DNA from: an uncultured Elusimicrobia bacterium
GTDB lineage: Bacteria > Elusimicrobiota > Elusimicrobia > UBA1565 > UBA9628
DNA length: 64,000 nt
Assembly (NCBI GenBank): GCA_965283875.1
Contig: CBDIQC010000001.1
Location: 2,070,110 to 2,134,109 of the forward strand
Reading direction: 5' to 3'
Shown here: positions 42,569-50,233 of the stretch, piece after piece
Layout: the number at the start of each line of letters is the position of its first letter
Numbering within the stretch: the first letter of the stretch is position 1
Notes under the pieces: model-generated
Database searches by the model: none
What the model saw: only the letters and a program-made list of their open reading frames with translations
Told to the model about the DNA's origin: nothing
Position numbers and translations under genes: made by a program

Positions 42569-43119
42569 ACATAATCAAGATCATTCCCATCGCATTGCTC
42601 CTGTTGGGGGCGCCGTCGCAGGCGAGCGACGAGCACAAAGATCATAAGGCGGGCGAGAAGCATGCGGACGATCACGTGAAGAAAGGCGCCTCGGCGAAAG
42701 ACGAGCACGAAGGCGGCGAGGAACATGGAGAGGAGCACGGCGAGGGACACGGGGAAGAAGAGGCCAACCCCAACGTCGGCCCCGGCAAGGGCGTGGAGGC
42801 CTTCGGGCATGAGGGCATGAAGCTCTCGGCGAAGGCGGCGGCGAGCTTGGGCCTCAAGACGTCGCCCATCGCGGTCGCCGGCGGGGGAAAGGTGCCGGCA
42901 TCGGCCCTGGTCTTCTTTCAGGACGAAGTCGGCGTCTATCGCTCGCGCGGGGGCTGGATAAAGCTCGTCGAAGTCGCGCTTGGAGAGCGGACAAAGCGCG
43001 ACGCCGTCGTGCGCTCCAAGGACCTTAAGCCGGGCGACCAGCTGGTCGTCGCGGGAGCCGCCGCGATCCGGGTCATCGAACTCGACCTGACCAGCGGCGA
43101 CGTGGGCCACGGGCACTGA
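42565..43119 (+). CDS. His/Glu-rich, unusually short (184 aa) periplasmic adaptor-like protein
   Basis: GTG overlaps the czcC stop (GTGA). Signal peptide, then a DEHKDHKAGEKHADDH...EHGEEHGEGHGEE tract. The remainder resembles only the first strand (LSAKAAASLGLKTSPI) and last beta-barrel/MP part (VPASALVFFQDEVGVYR...LKPGDQLVVAGAAAI) of HlyD/CzcB adaptors. Confidence 0.7.
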   Translation: MNIIKIIPIALLLLGAPSQASDEHKDHKAGEKHADDHVKKGASAKDEHEGGEEHGEEHGEGHGEEEANPNVGPGKGVEAFGHEGMKLSAKAAASLGLKTSPIAVAGGGKVPASALVFFQDEVGVYRSRGGWIKLVEVALGERTKRDAVVRSKDLKPGDQLVVAGAAAIRVIELDLTSGDVGHGH

Positions 43120-43129
43120 GGACAACTCC

Positions 43130-46100
43130 ATGATAAACAAGATCATTCATTTCTCCGTCTACAACCGCGGCGTCGTGCTTCTCTTCACGGTGCTGGCGGC
43201 CCTCGCGGGCTGGTCGGCCTTCGAGAACCTTCCCATCGACGCCGTGCCGGACATCACCAACGTCCAGGTCCAGGTGAACTCTCAAGTGGACGGCCTGGCT
43301 CCCGAGGAGATCGAGCGCGGCGTGACCTTCCCTATCGAGGCCGCCATGAGCGGCATCGCGGGCGTCGAGCAGCGGCATCGGCGGCGATGGGTGGGGATGG
43401 TGACGGTAATCTTCGATGATGCACCGTGGCCATTTACCGGGCGCGTCAGATGGTCTCGGAGCGCCTGCAGAACGCCTCAGGAAGCCTCCCCGCGGGCGTC
43501 TTGCCTCGTCTCGGTCCCGTCAGCACGGGCCTGGGCGAGATCTTCTACTACACGCTCGAGGCCGAGAAGCCCGCCGAGGGCGAGGAGCGGATAAAGCAGC
43601 TGATGGAGCTTCGAGCGCTTCATGACTGGACCGTCAAGCCACGCCTGTTGACCGTCAAGGGCGTCGCCGAGGTCAACGTCATCGGCGGCTACGAGAAGCA
43701 GTACCACGTCCAGCCCCGCCCCGCGGCTCTCGCGCGCTACGGGCTGCGCTTCTCAGACCTCAAAGAAGCCCTGGAGCGGACCAACCGCAACGCGGGAGGC
43801 GGCTACGTGCAGCAGACCGGCGAGCAGTTCCTCGTCCAGGCGGTCGGGCTCTTGAAGACGCCCGAGGAGATCCGCCGCGTCCCGATCAAGTCTCTCGAGA
43901 CGCTCAAGACGGTCACGATCGGTGACGTGGCCGACGTCGGCCTCGCCACGGAACTGCGCACCGGCGCGGCACTCGTGCGCGGCCGCGAGGCGATTCTCGG
44001 CAGCACGCTCATGCTCATGGGCGAGAACAGCCGCTCGGTCTCCCTGCGTGTGGCCAAGCGGCTCGCCGAGATCGGCAAGAACCTGCCGCCCGGCTACAAG
44101 CTCGAGACCGTCTACGATCGCTCCGTGCTGGTCAACGCCACGCTCGGGACGGTCGAGCACAACCTCGTGACGGGAGCCGCGCTCGTCATCGTGATCCTGC
44201 TGCTTCTGCTCGGCAACATCCGTGCCGCCCTGATCACGGCCGTGACGATCCCGCTGACCTTGCTCATGACCTTCATCGTCATGCGCTGGTTCGGCATCTC
44301 AGGCAACCTCATGAGCCTGGGCGCGCTCGACTTCGGCATCATCATCGACGGCGCGGTGATCGTCTTGGATAACTGCGTCCGCATGGTGCATCTGCGAGCC
44401 AAGCAGCTCGGCCGCGGGCTCACGGGGCCGGAGGTCCAGAAGACGGTCTACGAGGCGGCGGTCGAGATTCGGACGGCGGCGGGCTTCGGCGAGCTCATCA
44501 TCGTCGTCGTCTTCCTGCCCATCTTCGCGCTGGTCGGCATCGAGGGCAAGATGTTCGTGCCGATGGCGGGTACGTTCTGCGCGGCGGTGCTGTGCGCGTT
44601 GATCCTCTCGTTCACGACGGCGCCGGCGCTGGCGAGCCTCCTGCTCAAGGGCGACACGGACGACAAGGAGCCCTGGCTCATGCGAAAGGTGCGGGCCGGA
44701 TACGCGCCGATCCTCTCGGGGGCCGTGACCCGTCGGAAATGGACCGTCGGAGTCGGGCTGTTCGCCGTGGTCCTCGGCGGCATCCTCTACACTCGGCTGG
44801 GCGGGGAGTTCCTTCCTCAGCTCAACGAGGGTTCGTTTACCTTCCAGTTCGTGCGTCCCGTCAATATCAGCCTGGATCAGTCCATCGCCTTCCAGGAGCG
44901 CTCCGAGAAGCTGCTCGGAGAGTTCCCGGAGGTCGACGTCGTCTTCTCGCGCATGGGCACGGCTGAGATCGCCACCGATCCCATGGGCGTCAACATCTCC
45001 GACACCTACGTCATGCTCAAGGACAAGAAGCAGTGGCCGCTCGTCGACGGCCGGAGGCGGACCAAGGACGAACTGGGAGCCGCTATGAGCAAGCGTCTGG
45101 CCGAGGAGATCCCGGGCCAGCGGGCACTGGCAAGCCAGCCCATCGAGATGCGCTTCAACGAGCTTCTTGAGGGCACGAGAGCCGACATCGCCATCAAGGT
45201 CTTCGGCGACGATCTCGACGAGCTCACGAAGATCACCAAGGAGATCTCGGAGATCGTCGGCAAGGTTCCCGGGGCAGGAGAAGTCGAGCCGGAACTGCGG
45301 GGCAAATCGCCGCTTCTACGCGTGGTGCCCCGCGAGGGCGTCCTGCGTACGCTCGGCGTCTCGACCATCGAGGTGCTCGAGACAATCGGGATCGCGCTGG
45401 GCGGGGAGGAGGCCGGCCAGATATACGAGGGCGTGCGGCGCTTTCCGATCATCGTGCGCCTGAGCCCGGCCGACCGCACGGACCTGGACTCCATCCGGAG
45501 GCTCCCCGTGGGCATCGGCGCCAACGCCACGATCCCGCTCACGGAGGCGGCGGAGGTCTCCTTCACCGAGGCCTACGGCTCGGTCACGCGCGAGGACGCC
45601 AGACGCAGGGCCGCAGTTCTCGTCAACCTTGCCGGTCGGGACACGGAGAGCTTCGTCGGGGAAGCCCAAGCCGCCGTTGAGGCCAAGGTCAAGCTGCCGC
45701 CGGGCTACTACGTCGAATGGGGAGGCAACTTCAAGAACCTCCAGAAGGCGCGAGCCCGCCTGATGCTGCTGACTCCCGTGGCGTTGGTCCTGGTCCTCAT
45801 GATGATCTATGCCGCCTTCAAGAACGTCTACGAGACTTTGCTGATCTTCTCCTGCGTGCCGCTGGCGCTCGTGGGCGGAGTCCTCGGCCTCATGCTCAAC
45901 GGCTTGCCTTTCAGCATCTCGGCCGGCGTGGGCTTCATCGCGCTGACCGGCATCGCGGTGCTCAACGGCGTCGTGCTCGTGCACTACTTCAACGACCTTC
46001 GCGCTGCGGAGGGACTCTCGGGTTGGAAGCTGGTCGAGAAGGGCACGCTTATCCGGCTGCGCCCGGTCCTTATGACGGCGCTCGTCGAGATCTTCGGCTT

Positions 46101-46266
46101 CCTGCCGATGATGCTCGCGACGGGCCTGGGCGCGGAGGTGCAGCGCCCCCTGGCCTCGGTCGTTATCGGCGGCGTCATCTCGTCGACGACGCTGACGCTG
46201 CTCGTGCTTCCCACGCTCTATCTGATGTTCGAGCGCTACATGACGGCCCACGAGGTGGAACTATGA
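43130..46266 (+). pseudogene. czcA: Heavy-metal-efflux RND pump CzcA-like, frame broken near 43415-43425
   Basis: ORF 43130..43594 gives LPIDAVPDITNVQVQV...VTVIFDD, then nonsense. ORF 43426..46266 continues IYRARQMVSERLQ...GPVSTGLGEI...SLGALDFGIIIDGAV... to the end, colinear with C. metallidurans CzcA as I recall it. Confidence 0.8.
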
Positions 46267-46589
46267 AAGAGGTAAAAGCGCTCATCCGGCCGTCCAAGCT
46301 CGATGGGGTTCTCGAGGCGCTCCAGCGCATCAGGGACCTGCCCGGCTGCATCGTATCGCACGTGCACGGCTACGGCCGTAGCACCGGCCGCGGCACGAAC
46401 ACCCCGCTCGAGTCCGCCGACTTCGTCAAGCTCGAGATCGTGGTCGGCGAGCGCCTGCTCCAAAACGTGCTTGCCGCAATCCAGGAAAACGCCCACACGG
46501 GAAACCCCGGAGACGGAAAGATATTCGTCATCGAGTGTTCCGACGCGGTGCGGATCAGGACCGGCAAGAGCGGAAAGGCGGCGTTATGA
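46263..46589 (+). CDS. P-II (GlnB-like) family protein with a shortened T-loop
   Basis: ATG overlaps the czcA stop (ATGA). MKEVKALIRPSKLDGV.EAL...GYGR....VKLEIVV...GNPGDGKIFV...AVRIRTG follows the P-II fold pattern. There is no Tyr in the T-loop. Confidence 0.8.
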   Translation: MKEVKALIRPSKLDGVLEALQRIRDLPGCIVSHVHGYGRSTGRGTNTPLESADFVKLEIVVGERLLQNVLAAIQENAHTGNPGDGKIFVIECSDAVRIRTGKSGKAAL

Positions 46590-46592
46590 CTA

Positions 46593-46880
46593 ATGCAGAC
46601 CAAGGCATTTAAGCTTCTTCGCGCCGACTGGCAACTGCTGCGGCTCATCTTTTCTGCTGAGTTGCGGGCAAAGGCGATGGGATATGTCGAGCACATGCGA
46701 AAAGACGACGTGGACGTAACGGATAATAGCCAGCGCCGCGAGTGGATTCGCACGCATCGCGCCGAAATAAGCCAGGCGCTGCCTGGCGTCTATTCGCGCC
46801 ACATCCATTCCCGCAATGATCCATGCCCGTGCGGAAGTAAAAAGAAATACAAGCGATGCTGCGGAACGGAGTGCTCATGA
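46593..46880 (+). CDS. SEC-C motif (CPCGSxKKYKxCCG) domain protein
   Basis: C-terminal NDPCPCGSKKKYKRCCG. Locally lower GC. Confidence 0.75.
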   Translation: MQTKAFKLLRADWQLLRLIFSAELRAKAMGYVEHMRKDDVDVTDNSQRREWIRTHRAEISQALPGVYSRHIHSRNDPCPCGSKKKYKRCCGTECS

Positions 46881-47647
46881 AGGAACCGTTGCAATCCCAG
46901 ATCACCGTCGTCGGCCTCGAACTCTTGAGCCGGGTCGTGCTGGCCGCCTCGGCCGCGCTCGTTGCGCTGCTCCCGCTGGCCGCCTCGGCTCAATCCGCGG
47001 AGCCGGAGGTCCAAGTCCGTCGCGTTTCCGCGAACGAACATTCACCCGTCGCCGAAGACGAGCCGTCCGTCATGGGAGCTGACGAGTTTTACCTGCTGCG
47101 CGGCAAGGTCCCTTTCGTGGATGAGGTCGCCGTCATTCGGATCTCTTTCAAGGGCAAATGGCACAAGTCGGCCGACTATCTTGCGCGGGAGAAAGCGGCC
47201 TCCTTGGGCGCTAACGGACTCGTCCTCGTGGAGTCCGTCGGCCGCGAGGATCTGCCAGGCGCGATCAGGAGCTACCGGGCCTTCAGGCTGAGCGACTCCT
47301 TCGGGAGAGCCGTCTATATGAAGCCGGCGGAGGAGGGGCCTCGCGCCAAGCCGACCGAGGCGGCCGCGAGCCCCGCCGAGGCGCCCAAGCCCGTTGATGT
47401 CGCGGCGGCCTCGCCGCCGGCCCCGCGCCGCGAGCATCGTCATTTCGAGTGGGTCTGGGCGCATGACGCCTCCGTGCTCTCCCATCGCCTGGGCTTCGAC
47501 GCGGCCAGCGCGAGCCGGGGCGAGCGGGAGCAGTTGAAGCTGTACGTCCGGGAGAACTTCCCGGCCGCGGGATACGGAAAGCTGGCCAAGGCGCTGGCCG
47601 CGAGCCAAAAGGTCGTGCTGGATTTCGTGAAGGGGAAGGTCGAATGA
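46877..47647 (+). CDS. Hypothetical exported protein, paralog 1
   Basis: ATG 46877 overlaps the SEC-C stop (ATGA). Shares W..SA..LA.EKAA.LGAN.L..V.S....RSY.AFR and a C-terminal V.E.F......KLA......V..D block with the next ORF. Confidence 0.5.
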   Translation: MKEPLQSQITVVGLELLSRVVLAASAALVALLPLAASAQSAEPEVQVRRVSANEHSPVAEDEPSVMGADEFYLLRGKVPFVDEVAVIRISFKGKWHKSADYLAREKAASLGANGLVLVESVGREDLPGAIRSYRAFRLSDSFGRAVYMKPAEEGPRAKPTEAAASPAEAPKPVDVAAASPPAPRREHRHFEWVWAHDASVLSHRLGFDAASASRGEREQLKLYVRENFPAAGYGKLAKALAASQKVVLDFVKGKVE

Positions 47648-48342
47648 GGAGCGCGGCCCTCCTAGGCGTCCTGCTCTGCGCCGCCTCCCGGGCGCGGGGC
47701 CAGTACCCGCCCGAGGTGGAGGTCGTCCCGATCCTCAAGGAGAAGCGTCCTCATCTGCTCGCCTCGCAGGTGGCCGTCGCCGACTGCTACGCGAGCGGCC
47801 TGTCCGGCGCTCAGAGGGAGGAGGTGGCGTCGGTGAAGGTCACCGTCCGCGGCCCCTGGGAACGGAGCGCGCGGCATCTGGCCGCCGAGAAGGCCGCGGA
47901 GCTCGGGGCCAACTGCCTTCTCGTCGTGTCCTCCTACGGGAAGGACAACGCCGAGTATCCCGTTCACCGTTCCTACAAGGCGTTCCGGGTCACAGTGCCC
48001 TACGGCCCGTGGCGCGTCCCGGCGTCGGCCGAGAGCCTCGCGTCCGCTATGGCCGCCGCGGCGATGCCCGCCTTCCCGATGCCGAAGCTCAAGGCGCCGG
48101 TCATCGAGAAAAAGCCCGCCGTCGCGCACGGCGACCACCTCAGCCGCGCCATGGGCAAGGCCGTCTACTTCCACGAGGTCGTGTTGGACTTCTCCCGGAC
48201 CGACCCGGCGACCTGGGCGGACGTAGCCCAAGACGTGCGCGAGTATTTCGGCGAGGCGGAGGCGGAAAAGCTGGCCCGGCTAGTCGAGGCGGGCAAGGCG
48301 GTCCGGATCGACCTGAGGACGGGCACGGTGTCGGGGCTATGA
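47644..48342 (+). CDS. Hypothetical exported protein, paralog 2
   Basis: 4-nt overlap upstream. Signal peptide; similarity to 46877..47647 described there. Confidence 0.5.
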   Translation: MRSAALLGVLLCAASRARGQYPPEVEVVPILKEKRPHLLASQVAVADCYASGLSGAQREEVASVKVTVRGPWERSARHLAAEKAAELGANCLLVVSSYGKDNAEYPVHRSYKAFRVTVPYGPWRVPASAESLASAMAAAAMPAFPMPKLKAPVIEKKPAVAHGDHLSRAMGKAVYFHEVVLDFSRTDPATWADVAQDVREYFGEAEAEKLARLVEAGKAVRIDLRTGTVSGL

Positions 48343-48803
48343 ACCGGCATAGAACGGGGCGAGCGGCCGCGACGACCGGCGTGCTGTGCCTGACGCTGCT
48401 CGGGTGCGATGTCGCGCCGCGCATCAAAGAGGATAAAGCGTGGGGCGATCCTCAGACTCGTTGGCGGCGATCGAGAAACGGCTTCGTCGTTGTTTTCGAG
48501 GCGATCCCCCGGACGCCGGTTCGGGGGCAGGAAACTGATGTTCTGATCTCCATTCATGACGAGTCCAAGGAGCCTCCCCAGCCGGTCTTGGATGCGAAGA
48601 TCGTGGGGATCGTCGTGATGCCGAGCATGCCGGGGCATGTTCGCGAACTGGAGTTGAAATCCGGCCTGGGAGCGGCCGCGCCGGGTATCTACCGGGCGCG
48701 CTCGAACTTCGACACCAAAGGGGAATGGCTGGCGAAATTGCTGATACTGCTGTCCTCCGGCGAGAAGATAAGGAACGTCGAGTTCCCGATCGAGGTCCGC
48801 TGA
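48339..48803 (+). CDS. Lipoprotein with a YtkA/FixH-like Ig-fold domain (candidate)
   Basis: ATGA overlap. Lipobox LLGC. LISIHDES...PVLDAKIVGIVVMPSMPGH...APGIYRARSNFDTKGEWL resembles YtkA-like metal-associated domains. Confidence 0.5.
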   Translation: MNRHRTGRAAATTGVLCLTLLGCDVAPRIKEDKAWGDPQTRWRRSRNGFVVVFEAIPRTPVRGQETDVLISIHDESKEPPQPVLDAKIVGIVVMPSMPGHVRELELKSGLGAAAPGIYRARSNFDTKGEWLAKLLILLSSGEKIRNVEFPIEVR

Positions 48804-49054
48804 TGGCTGCGGAAGGCATGGACCGGGGCGCTTTGGCGAGGATAGAGGTCGTCTATCCCGACGGGAGAACCAAGATCCTCCCTCTGGATTTCCCCAGCGT
48901 TTTCAATAGACCGCAATGGCTCGGAATCAACATGTGCGAATGCGGCGCAAGCATCCGGTACGCCTGGGATGAGGCGCATACTCGTCGAGAGGCCGTCTGT
49001 CCGGCATGCGGCATTGTTTTCGTCGTCAAGAAGCCCGTTCAGGAGAAATCATGA
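48803..49054 (+). CDS. Small zinc-ribbon-like protein (83 aa)
   Basis: TGATG overlap. CECG...(18 aa)...CPACG pairs of cysteines. Confidence 0.5.
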   Translation: MAAEGMDRGALARIEVVYPDGRTKILPLDFPSVFNRPQWLGINMCECGASIRYAWDEAHTRREAVCPACGIVFVVKKPVQEKS

Positions 49055-50223
49055 GCGATCGTCACGTGCTGAGCTCGTTCTTTCCTCTTCGCTACGAGTG
49101 TCCCGTCTGGGCGACCAGCGCCGCCCTTACGGCGGGGTTCTTCGCGCTCGAGGCGGCGCTCCACGGCCGGCGCCCGGGGGCGGGCGAAGCGCCGTTCTGG
49201 GATGCCGTCAGTATCCTGGGCTACGCCGTCTACCTCGTTCCGCTGGTTTTGAGCGAGACGAAGACGGAAGCCGGGGCCCTACGGCGACTGCTCATGGCCT
49301 TTACGGCTCTTCTTCTCGTCGGATTCGCTCTAGCATTGCTTCCCTTGGAGCAGCTCGGGCTCGACGCCGCGCCATGCTTGCAGGTCGCGGGAATGACGCT
49401 CGTCGTCTTCTTCTGCGCACGCCGCGGCCAGGCTGTGGCCAGCGCCGCCGGACTCGCGCTGGCCGCGACGACGGCCGTGGCGATGGCGGCGACGCAGCGG
49501 CATGCTTTCGCCGATTTTGCGGCAGGCACCGCTTTGGGCTGGGCCGCGGCGGCCTTCGCCGATTGGCGGGACCTGGCGTTCCTACAGAGGGACGATCCCT
49601 GGAGCGCGTTGCGTCACGAGTTCGGGGAACTGCGTAACCTGCTGGCAGGCAACCGCCGCGCGCTCTGGGACAGCTCCTACGCCTGCGGCCACTGGGACTT
49701 CCTGGACTCGATGGAGCAGCGCCCGCGGCACTACGCGATCGCGGGCTTCCTGGCCGACCGGCTCCCGCGCGAAAGCGGGCGCGTCCTGGACGCGGGCTGC
49801 GGGCTGGCCACTCTCTATCCGCTCCTGCGCGGGCGCGCGACCGAGTACGTCGGTCTCGACCTTTCCGCCGAGGCCCTCAAGAAAGCGGCAGCGGCCTACG
49901 GGGCGGAGCCCGGCGTCAGTTTCGCGCACGAGGCGTTCGAGAAGTTCAAGGACCGCGGGTTCGACGCGCTCGTGCTCAACGAGGTGCTCTATTATTATCC
50001 TCTGTCGGAGATCGAAAGTGTCTTCTCCCACGCCCTTTCGCGTCTGCGTCCGGGCGGCGCGCTCGTCGTCTCCATGAACCGAAACTTCAAGGCGCGGCTG
50101 ATCTGGCGCAGGCTGGAAGGGATAGCGCCGGCCGAGCAGGGCATCCGCGTCCACAACCTGCGGACCGGCAGCTACTGGACGGTCAAGGTCTACCGTCGTC
50201 CGGAAACATCGGAAGCATCTTAA
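49051..50223 (+). CDS. Fusion of a polytopic membrane domain and a class I SAM-dependent methyltransferase
   Basis: AGGAG SD; ATGA overlap. About 190 aa with 5-6 hydrophobic spans, then VLDAGCGLATL (motif I), GLDLS and ALVLNEVLYY. Confidence 0.7.
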   Translation: MSDRHVLSSFFPLRYECPVWATSAALTAGFFALEAALHGRRPGAGEAPFWDAVSILGYAVYLVPLVLSETKTEAGALRRLLMAFTALLLVGFALALLPLEQLGLDAAPCLQVAGMTLVVFFCARRGQAVASAAGLALAATTAVAMAATQRHAFADFAAGTALGWAAAAFADWRDLAFLQRDDPWSALRHEFGELRNLLAGNRRALWDSSYACGHWDFLDSMEQRPRHYAIAGFLADRLPRESGRVLDAGCGLATLYPLLRGRATEYVGLDLSAEALKKAAAAYGAEPGVSFAHEAFEKFKDRGFDALVLNEVLYYYPLSEIESVFSHALSRLRPGGALVVSMNRNFKARLIWRRLEGIAPAEQGIRVHNLRTGSYWTVKVYRRPETSEAS

Positions 50224-50233
50224 GGGAGTCCCC

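Noticed and set aside
43361-43400. A second pair of compensating frameshifts in czcA behind the odd segment VEQ-RHRRRWVGM-VTVIF
   Set aside because: That segment is shorter than, and unlike, the TRSLSRYGLSQ segment of CzcA. However none of the three frames gives a convincing homologous reading, so I cannot support an additional indel from sequence alone.
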